Shown here: one piece after another, positions 17,933-27,821 of the stretch
Layout of the letters: every line of letters begins with the position of its first letter
Position numbering within the stretch: position 1 is the stretch's first letter
Source: Promethearchaeota archaeon
Lineage (GTDB): Archaea > Asgardarchaeota > Lokiarchaeia > Sigyniarchaeales > SOKP01
Direction: 5' to 3'
DNA length: 64,000 bases
NCBI GenBank assembly: GCA_016839765.1
Contig: JAEOTP010000012.1
Coordinates: 1-64,000, forward strand
Translations under genes and position numbers: made by a program
Notes under the pieces: generated by a model
What the model was told of the DNA's origin: nothing
The model's input: only the letters and a program-made list of their open reading frames with translations
The model's database searches: none

Positions 17933-19288
17933 ATGTTAGAAGATAAAAAAAAGGATCAGGCAAAAATTGTTTATCCAGAAGCTTTAATTACTACTGACCA
18001 AATTGAAGTTTCTAGAATTGTAGAGAAAGAAATACTAATTGAAACTAACCCATTTGAAATGGCAAAAAAACAAATCGATATTGTTGCTGAAAAGATAGGA
18101 TTAGATCCAAATATAAGGGAATATCTCAAAAGAGTGGAACGCTCATTAATTGTATCAATTCCAATTATGATGGATAATGGCTCTTTAAAGATATTTGAAG
18201 GATATCGGGTACATCATTCTACTGTTAGAGGTCCTGGAAAAGGTGGTATTAGGTATTCACCAGATGTCTATTTGGATGAAATTAAAGCTTTAGCCACATG
18301 GATGACATTTAAATGTAGTCTTTTAAATTTGCCTTTAGGTGGGGCAAAAGGGGGAGTTTGCGTAGACCCTCGAAAGTTATCAGAGGGAGAATTAGAGCGT
18401 CTAACTCGGAGATATACTGCTGAAATTATAAATGTTATAGGCCCAGATATAGATATTCCCGCTCCAGATATTAATACAGGTCCTCAAATTATGGCTTGGA
18501 TTATGGACACCTATTCTATGCATAAAGGGAGAGCTATTCCTGGAGTAGTGACAGGAAAACCAATAGAAATAGGAGGTTCAGTTGGGAGAGAAACTGCAAC
18601 TGGAATGGGTTTATTTTATGTTCTCGAAGCTTTGTGCAATAAAATAAATATAGATCTAAAAACCCAGAATATTGTTGTTCAAGGATTTGGCAATGTTGGG
18701 GGTAATATTGCTAATATTTTACATGAGAAAGGTTGTAATATTATCGCTGTCTCGGACATTACTGGAGGTTTATACGCCAAAAGTGGATTAAATATAAAAG
18801 AGTTATTAGAATGGAGAGATAGAAATAATTATCTAAAAGATTTTCAAAATAAAAATTATAAATTTATCACTAATGAAGATATACTCACGATTAAATGTGA
18901 TATTTTAATCCCAGCAGCAATAGAAAACCAAATAACACAATCAAATGCTTATAATATTAATTGTAAAATTATATTAGAAGGTGCTAATGGACCAACTACT
19001 CCAAAAGCAGATGGTATTTTGAAAAAACGGGGAATTATTGTTGTACCTGATATTCTTGCTAATGCTGGAGGTGTATGTGTCTCATATTTCGAGTATATTC
19101 AAGATATCCATAGCTATTTTTGGAATTTAAACAGGATTAATCAAGAACTAGAAAATATTCTTGTTGAGGCATTTGAAGATGTTTACAGTTTATCTAAAGA
19201 AAAATTTGTCACTCTGCGTACAGCTGCATACATGATTGCTATTTTGAAATTAGCTAAGGCAATCGAATTAAGAGGTATATTCCCATAA
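17933..19288 (+). CDS. gdhA: Glutamate dehydrogenase (Glu/Leu/Phe/Val DH family), paralog 1 with N-terminal extension
   Basis: [41 protein letters not shown]. Confidence 0.93.
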   Translation: MLEDKKKDQAKIVYPEALITTDQIEVSRIVEKEILIETNPFEMAKKQIDIVAEKIGLDPNIREYLKRVERSLIVSIPIMMDNGSLKIFEGYRVHHSTVRGPGKGGIRYSPDVYLDEIKALATWMTFKCSLLNLPLGGAKGGVCVDPRKLSEGELERLTRRYTAEIINVIGPDIDIPAPDINTGPQIMAWIMDTYSMHKGRAIPGVVTGKPIEIGGSVGRETATGMGLFYVLEALCNKINIDLKTQNIVVQGFGNVGGNIANILHEKGCNIIAVSDITGGLYAKSGLNIKELLEWRDRNNYLKDFQNKNYKFITNEDILTIKCDILIPAAIENQITQSNAYNINCKIILEGANGPTTPKADGILKKRGIIVVPDILANAGGVCVSYFEYIQDIHSYFWNLNRINQELENILVEAFEDVYSLSKEKFVTLRTAAYMIAILKLAKAIELRGIFP

Positions 19289-19308
19289 TTTATCCTCTGG
19301 GTGATTTA

Positions 19309-19503
19309 ATGTCAACCAAAAATATATTAAAATCTGAAAATGATAAGAATAGTAAATATCCAGCAAAATATGAGGGATTTCTTAAACTCAAAAATGGAAA
19401 GAAATTATTAACAAGGCCTGTAAAACTTAATGATGAAAGAATGGTTCAGGAGTTGCATTTTTCCTTAGATAAACAAGAAAATGCTTCTGTATCTATTAGA
19501 TAG
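19309..19503 (+). pseudogene. Truncated N-terminal fragment of a GNAT acetyltransferase-like domain
   Basis: YPAKYE..LKNGKKLLTRPVKLNDERMVQELHFSL resembles the start of GNAT domains found fused to acyl-CoA enzymes; ends after 64 aa; SD GGTGA present. Confidence 0.5.
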
Positions 19504-19749
19504 GAAATCTTTAGTTTAATTTTTAAAACTTTAAAGGAGGTTGGACAAAATATTCAAAGAAAACCACGAGAAGCATTCTAATAAAAAAATTTGTAATTTA
19601 GATAATCTACAAAATAATTCAAATTCTTCTTTTAAACAAAATAATAGTATGGATGCAAAAATAAAACATAGAAAAAGAAGAGAAGGAGATTAGAAATTGA
19701 TTTGTTTAAAAAAAAAGAACTTACTTATTCCGAGAAATTCATAACAATT

Positions 19750-20652
19750 TTAAACTTTTTTTTGAATTTTAAATTTTACTTTGTGAGTCATTTTATAAAG
19801 ATCTATAAAACTTGACACATTAATTGGGTGTTGAATTCCATCTAATGTTTTAATTTCATCATTAATAAATCTCCAGAGATTTTTTTCATCTTTAGCAATA
19901 ATTTTTACTAATAAATTATGATCTCCAGTTGACGATGCAACCAATTGTATATCGTCATAATCGGCTAACTTTTTTGCTATTTCCTCCAATTTCATTGGAT
20001 CGACAGATAAACCAAGAATGGCTATAGATTCATATCCCACTTTAAATGGATCTACGAGAGTATCAAATTTTGTTATGATTCCTTCTTTTACCATATTTTG
20101 TACTCGATTATGAATTGTACTCGCAGCTAAATTTACGTTTTTACTTAAATCTTTATAAGAGATTCTATAATTTTCTTGTAAAAAATTAAGAATTTCTTTA
20201 TCTTTTTCATCAAATTGCATTTTTAGAACTTTATCTGAAACTTTTTCACTTTCAATTCTGTGTCGTTCAATTGCATACAAGATTGCCCGAGTTAAACTTG
20301 GTCCATTAAGTTCACTTTTTACTATATAATCTTGGGCTCCCTTTTGAAGAGATAGTAATGCAAAATCTTTATCATCTAATCCAGTTAAAATTATTATAGG
20401 AATTGCATCAGTAAAACTTAAAACTCTTTCTAAAGTAGATTCTCTATCGCTATCTGGTAGAGTTAAATCTAATAAAATAACATCAAAGTTTTTAGTTTTA
20501 AGATTATTCAAACTTTCAGAAAGCCTAGAATATGCCTCTAAATCAAATTTAAATTCTGCAGAATCTTTTAATAATTCTTTAATAAGACGTACATCAGCAG
20601 AATTATCTTCAATTAGTAATATATTAAAATTCTTATTCTCTATATTATTCAC
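19750..20652 (-). CDS. Response regulator receiver fused to an Lrp/AsnC transcription factor
   Basis: ILLIEDN..LLDLTLPD..ILTG..GAQDYIVK, then DEKDKEILNFLQEN..LAASTIHNRV..STGDHNLL. Confidence 0.9.
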   Translation of the reverse strand: MNNIENKNFNILLIEDNSADVRLIKELLKDSAEFKFDLEAYSRLSESLNNLKTKNFDVILLDLTLPDSDRESTLERVLSFTDAIPIIILTGLDDKDFALLSLQKGAQDYIVKSELNGPSLTRAILYAIERHRIESEKVSDKVLKMQFDEKDKEILNFLQENYRISYKDLSKNVNLAASTIHNRVQNMVKEGIITKFDTLVDPFKVGYESIAILGLSVDPMKLEEIAKKLADYDDIQLVASSTGDHNLLVKIIAKDEKNLWRFINDEIKTLDGIQHPINVSSFIDLYKMTHKVKFKIQKKV

Positions 20653-20989
20653 CTAAAAATATTTGTTATGGATAAAGAGATAAAATCTTTTTCAATTTTA
20701 TTTTCCTTATTCTGAATAATATTCATTTTAATATAAATAATTATTTTATTTAGAATTTAAAGAGATTCATTTTAATTATACCATTTTTAAGAGTAAAAGG
20801 CAAATTATAATTATTTTTATAAATTCTAAACTGAAATCTCATTTTTTGAACTAGAAAATATGATATTTTTGTTCGCTAAAATTTATTTTATATTGGACAA
20901 TATTCTAATTAATGAAGAATTTTTCCTATGATTTTTTCTCAATCCTTTTTAAAAATTTAAATTAATGAATACATAACAAAATAAGAGAA

Positions 20990-22057
20990 ATGATTGTAAT
21001 GAATTCGAAATTTAAAGAAGAAAGAATGAGATTTGTGATTATTTTAATTTTAATTATTATCTCGTGTTTATTAATTTATTCTATCGAGTTAATACTTAGA
21101 ACTTCTATCCTAGTTGCACATTTTTTCTATTTTCCTTCAATTTTGGCATGTCTATGGTGGAAAAAAAAAGGTTTAATTGTTCCTATTTTTTTAGCTACAA
21201 TACTTATAATTTTTCATTTAATTCTGGATTATGGGGTTTTTACTCTAGAGACCATAAATAATTTTCTGAGAGGCATCTCACTAGTCGTTGTTGGAATAGT
21301 AGTATCATCCCTATCTGAACAAATTTCAAGAAGAGAAATCGAATTTAATGAAATTATGGAGGATTTAAAACGCTCTAACGAAGATTTACAACAATTTGCT
21401 TATGTAGCATCCCACGATCTACAAGAACCTTTACGAGCAATTGTAAGCTTTTCTCAACTTCTAGAAGATAAATATCAAGATAAAATCGATACGGACGGTA
21501 AAGAATTTATTCACTTTATTACAGAAGGAGCAAAAAAAATGAACACCCTTATAAAAGATTTATTATCGTATTCAAGAATCACAACACACGCTCAACCTCC
21601 TAAATTAACTAATCTTGAGATGATTTTACAGGATGCCTTATTTAATTTACACGAATCAATAAAAGAAAGTGGTGCAGTTATAACTTATGATAAAATGCCA
21701 ATATTAAAAGTAGATAAAACTCAATTTATACAGTTATTTCAAAACCTTCTTAGTAATGCTATAAAATTCCGTAGAAAAGAACCACCAAGAATACATATCG
21801 GTTTAAAGAAAATTAATAGTGGATGGTTATTCTCTGTAAAGGATAATGGCATAGGTATTGAGTTAGAATATTTTAACAAGCTTTTCAATATTTTTTACCG
21901 TTTACATACTAAAGAAGAATATTCAGGTACCGGGATAGGATTACCTATATGTAAAAAAATAGTTCAACGATATGGTGGAAAAATATGGGTAGAATCCAAA
22001 TTTGGTAAAGGATCAACTTTTTTCTTTACAATTTTTCCAGAAAAAATTAAAGATTAA
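20990..22057 (+). CDS. Membrane sensor histidine kinase
   Basis: About four TM helices; H-box FAYVASHDLQEPL, N-box NLLSNAIKF, DNGIG, GTGIGL. Confidence 0.93.
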   Translation: MIVMNSKFKEERMRFVIILILIIISCLLIYSIELILRTSILVAHFFYFPSILACLWWKKKGLIVPIFLATILIIFHLILDYGVFTLETINNFLRGISLVVVGIVVSSLSEQISRREIEFNEIMEDLKRSNEDLQQFAYVASHDLQEPLRAIVSFSQLLEDKYQDKIDTDGKEFIHFITEGAKKMNTLIKDLLSYSRITTHAQPPKLTNLEMILQDALFNLHESIKESGAVITYDKMPILKVDKTQFIQLFQNLLSNAIKFRRKEPPRIHIGLKKINSGWLFSVKDNGIGIELEYFNKLFNIFYRLHTKEEYSGTGIGLPICKKIVQRYGGKIWVESKFGKGSTFFFTIFPEKIKD

Positions 22058-22069
22058 TGGTGTGGAATA

Positions 22070-22516
22070 GTGAATGAATACAATAGAACTAAGGCTAAAA
22101 TCTTACTCATAGAAGATAATGCGGCAGATATTCGGCTAACGAAGGAAGTTCTTCAAGAGAGTAAAATTGTGAGTAGATTAGACGTTGTGAGGGATGGTGT
22201 TGAAGCGATTGATTTCTTAAAGAAGAGAGGTAAATTTTCTAATACTAGTAAACCAAATCTAATCCTTTTGGATTTAAATTTACCAAAGAAGAATGGTTTT
22301 GAGGTATTGGAAATTATTAAACAAGATAAAGAATTAAAAAGAATTCCTATAGTAATATTAACCGTATCTGATGCAAAAGAAGATTTAATAAAAGCTTATA
22401 ATCTCTATGCTAATTCTTATGTAATTAAACCATTAGAAATGAAGGAATTCTATAAAATTATTAACTCAATCGTAGATTTTTGGTTTACGATTGTAAAGCA
22501 TTTTGAGGATGAATAA
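22070..22516 (+). CDS. Single-domain response regulator (Rcp1-like)
   Basis: LLIEDN, LLDLNLPKKNG, ANSYVIKP, FWF. Confidence 0.92.
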   Translation: MNEYNRTKAKILLIEDNAADIRLTKEVLQESKIVSRLDVVRDGVEAIDFLKKRGKFSNTSKPNLILLDLNLPKKNGFEVLEIIKQDKELKRIPIVILTVSDAKEDLIKAYNLYANSYVIKPLEMKEFYKIINSIVDFWFTIVKHFEDE

Positions 22517-22614
22517 ATAGGAATTAAAATAGATTTGCTTTTGTTGATTTGATGATTATATTATGTTAAAAATAAAAAGATTTTATTTTACTACATTACT
22601 AGCTGAAATCATTA

Positions 22615-23208
22615 TTAGACAATTTTGATTGATTGTGTTGATTTATATATATCTAAAAAGTTTGATACGTGAATTTGCGGCTTTATTCCATTTATTGTCT
22701 TGATTTTTATATTAATAAAATTCCAGAGTGACTTTTCATCTTTAGCAATGATCTGAGCGATTATATCATGATCTCCTGATGAAATTGCTACAAGTTGTGT
22801 CTCATTATAGGATGCAATCTTTTCTGCGATATCATTCATTTTTATAGGATCGACTGAAAGACCTACTATTGCTATAGTATTATAGCCGATTTTCACTGGA
22901 TCTATTATAGCTCCAAATTGTTTTATTATTTCCTCTTCAATCATCTTTTTGACTCTATTATGAATTGTACTCGCAGCTAGTTTTAACTTTTCTGATAATT
23001 CCCGATATGAGATTTTATCATTTATTTGTAATATATTTAATATTTTCTTATCTATTTTATCAATAGATTGACAATTCCAAGGACGATTTTCACGATCATC
23101 ATTAAAAATGACACCATGTTCTATTGAAAACCCTTCACAGCTATGATAAATCTTTCTTCCTAGTGAGTATTCTTCTCCACATTTAGGACAAGTTACTATA
23201 ATAATCAA
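22615..23208 (-). CDS. Lrp/AsnC transcription factor with a Cys-containing (zinc-ribbon-like) N-terminus
   Basis: TCPKCG..C..C, then IDKKILNILQ..LAASTIHNRV..SGDHDII. Confidence 0.88.
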   Translation of the reverse strand: MIIIVTCPKCGEEYSLGRKIYHSCEGFSIEHGVIFNDDRENRPWNCQSIDKIDKKILNILQINDKISYRELSEKLKLAASTIHNRVKKMIEEEIIKQFGAIIDPVKIGYNTIAIVGLSVDPIKMNDIAEKIASYNETQLVAISSGDHDIIAQIIAKDEKSLWNFINIKIKTINGIKPQIHVSNFLDIYKSTQSIKIV

Positions 23209-23332
23209 CTCGTTTTTATTAATTAAAATTTAAAAATTCAATTTCAATAAAATTCTGAATAAAGTTCATTTTAATCTTCTTCTTAATTTTATACGAATGT
23301 AGTTTCTCTAATATGATATATGTATTTTATAA

Positions 23333-23419
23333 TATTTAAAACTATCGAAGATAGTTCGATTATCATGTCATTTTCCGTATAATATATGGAATAAGACAAT
23401 TAATAATGAAGAATGTTCG
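23333..23419 (-). promoter_or_regulatory. TATA box plus three phased CGAA-N5-TTCG-like sites upstream of the lrp gene
   Basis: Sites at 23346, 23376 and 23407 (30/31 bp apart); minus-strand TTTAAATA at 23333-23340. Confidence 0.65.
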
Positions 23420-23680
23420 TATAATTTTATAAAAATATTACAATATTTGAGTTGTATGAGTTTTAGAATAAATAACTAATTTTTGAATAGATTTTTTATT
23501 GGATTATTATGTGGAGTTAGATATTTCTAATTTTTTAATCTTTAAATAAATTATTTAGATAATTTTTAGGTTGATATTCTTTTTTAAAAATCATTAAAAA
23601 AGGAGAATAATTTTATAAGTCTTTTCAGTGATGTGTCTTCACGTTTGTATAAATTTGGAAACTTTAGACCGTTTTAAGAG

Positions 23681-24472
23681 CTATAAAACAAATATTTTTA
23701 CAAATGAAAATATTCCAATTCCAATCGCATATACTGGTATGAAATATTTCCAGATTTTATTAGGGACAACTCTTACTAAATAAGGAGCAGAAAGGGCGGC
23801 AAAAAACCCTCCAGTAAATAATGATGGTAGAAGAACAAGATCTATTTCAACACCTCCAAAACTTATTAGAAAAAATGTCAAAATCCCCACAAATGAGACA
23901 ATTGATTCAGCAAACGATACAATTGCAGTGGCGCTTTTTTCATAAACACCAGAAAAAATTTGCCCCATAGTAATAACTGGTCCATATCCTCCTCCTCCAA
24001 TTCCTTTATTAAAACCTGCGATTACTGAAAATCCAATTAGTAGCTTAGGGTGTGTTTTAGAACACTCCATTTTCCTTAATTTAACTCTAATAAACCCTGA
24101 AACTCCCATGAAAATAACTAGGATTGCAACATAGGTTTTAATTACAATATCATGTATTTTTAAAGCAAAATAACCTAGAAAAATTGATATAAATATAGCT
24201 AAACAACCAAAGAAAGCCATTATAAGCCCAATTTTTGTGGCATCGTTTAAAGGACGGAAAGAATAGTGAACATTCTTAAATTCATGATCGAAAAAAGTAT
24301 CTACTAAGCCTGTTATTGCTTCTGAAATTAGAATAGTTGGAACAATTTGAAGAGGGTTATAACCTAATAAGAATAATAAAGGTGATAAAGCTGTACCAAA
24401 ACCCATACCTGCCATAGAATCCATTGATTCAAATAAAAATGCCAATAAAATTATAATTAAGACTAATTTCAT
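23681..24472 (-). CDS. Sulfite exporter TauE/SafE family membrane protein
   Basis: DSMAGMGFGTALSPLL and GIGGGGYGP repeats, multiple TMs. Confidence 0.88.
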   Translation of the reverse strand: MKLVLIIILLAFLFESMDSMAGMGFGTALSPLLFLLGYNPLQIVPTILISEAITGLVDTFFDHEFKNVHYSFRPLNDATKIGLIMAFFGCLAIFISIFLGYFALKIHDIVIKTYVAILVIFMGVSGFIRVKLRKMECSKTHPKLLIGFSVIAGFNKGIGGGGYGPVITMGQIFSGVYEKSATAIVSFAESIVSFVGILTFFLISFGGVEIDLVLLPSLFTGGFFAALSAPYLVRVVPNKIWKYFIPVYAIGIGIFSFVKIFVL

Positions 24473-24482
24473 CTATTTAACC

Positions 24483-24638
24483 TTATAATAAAAAGTAAAA
24501 TAACACCATAATTATACAATAAAATAATAAGGCAACAGCAATTTTTATGATAGAACGTCTTTCTACTCTCAATCTTTCTGAAATTGGCTTTTCATCTAAT
24601 TCACGTGCTTCTTTTCCAATTTCCCAACTTTTCAACAT
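24483..24638 (-). CDS. Small (51 aa) protein with one C-terminal TM helix, not in the ORF track
   Basis: MLKSWEIGKEARELDEKPISERLRVERRSIIKIAVALLFYCIIMVLFYFLL; upstream AGGTTGAG; ends 10 bp before the TauE start. Confidence 0.65.
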   Translation of the reverse strand: MLKSWEIGKEARELDEKPISERLRVERRSIIKIAVALLFYCIIMVLFYFLL

Positions 24639-25016
24639 TTTTAGTTACTCAACCTTTAATTAAGCTTCATTAATTATCATTATATATAATTAAATATAAT
24701 AATAATTATTTGTTATTTAAAAGTTATGTTTTTTCAACATTTATAACGATAAATATCCATTCAAGAATGTTTAAAAACAGTATTTTATAAGTGATATATG
24801 GTAAGAGAAATATGAATATATTAATAAGAACAAATTTTTATCGAAAATTATTCAAAAAAAAATAAAATTGATATTTAATGCCAAAAGCAAATTATCCAAT
24901 CCCTAAAGGGATGGTTCAAAATAATGAAAAAATTTTATTAAAAATTGTTGAAAATTCTAATATTAGAAAGTTCATTTATAAATATTTAATCCTTTAATCT
25001 CTAGATTCTTGAAGTA

Positions 25017-26267
25017 TTAAATCCAACCTCTCAATCTCATAGCTTCAATAACCCTATCAATAGAAATCATATATGCTCCCATGCGGTTATGAGTATTGTA
25101 CTGCTTGGCATGCTCTATAGTGGAACGGTAAGCATTTGTCATTATTCGGTCTAAGGCTGCAAATACCTCTTTTTCAGTCCAGAAATATTGATAATATCCT
25201 TGCACCATTTCAAAATATGATACAGTTACTCCTCCGGCATTACACAAGAAATCTGGAATTAAAACTATATCGTTATTAAATAAAATTCTATCAGCACTTG
25301 GAGTTGTAGGACCATTTGCTAACTCTGCTACAATTTTAACATTAACATCTTTTGCGTTTTTCTCGGTAATCACATTTTCAAGAGCTGCAGGAACTAATAT
25401 ATCACATTCTAATTCTATTAGTTCTTCATTAGTAATTTTCTGTGTGCCTTCTAATCCGACAACTGTTCTTGTCTTTTCTTTATGATTTGCCGCCTTGTAT
25501 GGATCAATACCATCTTTATTAAAAATACCTCCTTTTGAGTCAGAAACCGCCACAATTTTACAACCAAAATCATCTTGTAAAATTTTAGCAGCCCAAGAAC
25601 CTGCATTTCCATATCCTTGTACGGCTACAGTTGCTTCAGTTAAATCCAATCCAATATCTTTTGCGGCTTCTCTAATTGTAAAAATACCACCTTTCGCTGT
25701 AGCGATTGACCTTCCAGCACTTCCTCCTAATGCTAGTGGTTTTCCAGTAATTATCGAAGGAGAATGCTTACGAACAATTTTCTCGTATTCGTCCATCATC
25801 CAGGCCATAATTTGGGGGTTTGTATAGACATCTGGAGCGGGAACATCAGTGTAAGGGCCAATAACATCCGCTAATTGCCTGATATAACTCCTAGCTAGGG
25901 TCTCCAATTCCCTATTACTCATTCCTTTTGGATTACAAATAATACCACCTTTCGCTCCCCCTAAGGGAATATCAACACAGGCGGTCTTCCAAGTCATCCA
26001 TGCACTAAGAGCTTTAACCAATGAGGCACTTTCATCCGGATGCCATCTTATACCACCCTTCATAGGTCCCCTTGCTGAGTTATATTGACTTCGAAAACCT
26101 TTAAAAGATTTAATTTTTCCATCATCCATTTTCATGGTAATCCTTACTTCTACAAACCTTTCAGGCTCACTTAATACATCATAGATATCATTGTCAATTC
26201 CTTTTAAATTACATGCTTCTCTTAATTGAGTTTGTGATATCTTAAATGGGTCTAAACTTTCACTCAT
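25017..26267 (-). CDS. gdhA: Glutamate dehydrogenase, divergent paralog 2
   Basis: [38 protein letters not shown]. Confidence 0.93.
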   Translation of the reverse strand: MSESLDPFKISQTQLREACNLKGIDNDIYDVLSEPERFVEVRITMKMDDGKIKSFKGFRSQYNSARGPMKGGIRWHPDESASLVKALSAWMTWKTACVDIPLGGAKGGIICNPKGMSNRELETLARSYIRQLADVIGPYTDVPAPDVYTNPQIMAWMMDEYEKIVRKHSPSIITGKPLALGGSAGRSIATAKGGIFTIREAAKDIGLDLTEATVAVQGYGNAGSWAAKILQDDFGCKIVAVSDSKGGIFNKDGIDPYKAANHKEKTRTVVGLEGTQKITNEELIELECDILVPAALENVITEKNAKDVNVKIVAELANGPTTPSADRILFNNDIVLIPDFLCNAGGVTVSYFEMVQGYYQYFWTEKEVFAALDRIMTNAYRSTIEHAKQYNTHNRMGAYMISIDRVIEAMRLRGWI

Positions 26268-26538
26268 TATTTTTTAATCCCTATCCAACTAATTGATTTT
26301 ATAAATGTATTTTTCGAAATTTTTTTCAATATTTCTATATAATGGGTATAATTATTTAAACAGTTTTCAATTTATTTGGGGAAGAAGTTGGGAAATTTCA
26401 GAATTTAGCAATTTCCTAATAGTGATTGATATATTTTATCCATAATTTTTATATTTTATATTATTCTTAAATTTAAATTAACAATTTTCAATATTTTGAT
26501 TATAATTTATTAATGAATTTTTGGAATGGGAGTTATAG

Positions 26539-27795
26539 ATGACTACTGAATTAAATCCGTTTGATGTTGCAAAAAAGCAAATTGATATTGTAGCCAAAGA
26601 GATGGGATTAGACCCAAACATAAGGGAATATCTCAAAAGAGTGGAACGCTCATTGATTGTATCAATTCCAATCATGATGGATGATGGCTCTTTAAAGATA
26701 TTTGAAGGATATCGGGTACATCATTCTACTGTTAGAGGTCCAGGAAAAGGTGGTATCAGATATTCACCAGATGTAAATTTGGATGAAGTTAAAGCTTTAG
26801 CTACATGGATGACCTTTAAATGTAGCCTTTTAAATTTACCTTTGGGTGGGGCAAAAGGAGGTGTCCGTGTGAACCCTCGAAAGTTATCAGAGAGAGAATT
26901 AGAGCGTCTAACTCGGAGATATACTGCTGAAATTATAAATGTTATAGGGCCAGATATAGATATTCCCGCGCCTGATATCGCCACTGATAAAAAAGTTATG
27001 AGCTGGATCATGGATACATATTCAATGCAAAAAGGAAGATCTACTCCTGGAGTGGTGACAGGAAAGCCTATTGAAATAGGAGGGTCTGTAGGAAGAGAAC
27101 AAGCAACAGGCATGGGTATATACTTTGTACTTCAAGGTTTATGTGAAAAACTAAATTTCAATTATAAGGAATTGAGTTATGTAGTACAAGGATTTGGAAA
27201 TGTAGGTGGTACAATTGCAGAATTATTGTATAATGATGGATGTAAAATTTTAGCAATTTCGGATATCTCAACGGGTATTTTTTATGAGGGCGGATTAGAT
27301 ATTCCAAAGCTTTTAGAATGGGTCAAATATGGTAATTATTTAAAAGATTATAAGGACGATCGGTATAAATTAATAACAAATGATGAACTAATCACGTCAA
27401 AATGCGATATTTTAATACCCGCAGCTATTGAAAACCAAATTGCCAAAGATAATGCAAATAATATTGATTGTAAGATAATTTTGGAAGGAGCAAATGGGCC
27501 CACAACCCCAAAAGCAGATAAAATATTATTTAAAAAAGGGATCCACGTAGTACCTGACATTTTAGCAAATAGCGGGGGAGTGTGTGTCTCTTATTTCGAA
27601 TATATTCAAGATATTCATTCATATTTCTGGAAATTAGATCGCATCAATAAAGAACTCAAACGGATCATTATTGAAGCATTTGAAGAGACATATAGGATAT
27701 CTCAAAAAAGAAAAATAAACCTTCGTACGGCGGCTTATGTTATTGCTGTTGGAAGACTTGCTAAAGCTATAGAGCTAAGAGGGTTTTTTCCTTAA
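26539..27795 (+). CDS. gdhA: Glutamate dehydrogenase, paralog 3 (close to paralog 1)
   Basis: Same GDH motifs; high identity to 17933..19288. Confidence 0.93.
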   Translation: MTTELNPFDVAKKQIDIVAKEMGLDPNIREYLKRVERSLIVSIPIMMDDGSLKIFEGYRVHHSTVRGPGKGGIRYSPDVNLDEVKALATWMTFKCSLLNLPLGGAKGGVRVNPRKLSERELERLTRRYTAEIINVIGPDIDIPAPDIATDKKVMSWIMDTYSMQKGRSTPGVVTGKPIEIGGSVGREQATGMGIYFVLQGLCEKLNFNYKELSYVVQGFGNVGGTIAELLYNDGCKILAISDISTGIFYEGGLDIPKLLEWVKYGNYLKDYKDDRYKLITNDELITSKCDILIPAAIENQIAKDNANNIDCKIILEGANGPTTPKADKILFKKGIHVVPDILANSGGVCVSYFEYIQDIHSYFWKLDRINKELKRIIIEAFEETYRISQKRKINLRTAAYVIAVGRLAKAIELRGFFP

Positions 27796-27821
27796 GCATA
27801 TATTTCTCTTTTTTATTCTTA

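Noticed and set aside
20860-20930. Third Lrp operator array in the REC-Lrp/HK divergent region
   Set aside because: Only half-sites (GTTCG, TGGACAATATTCT) are present; too degenerate to support.
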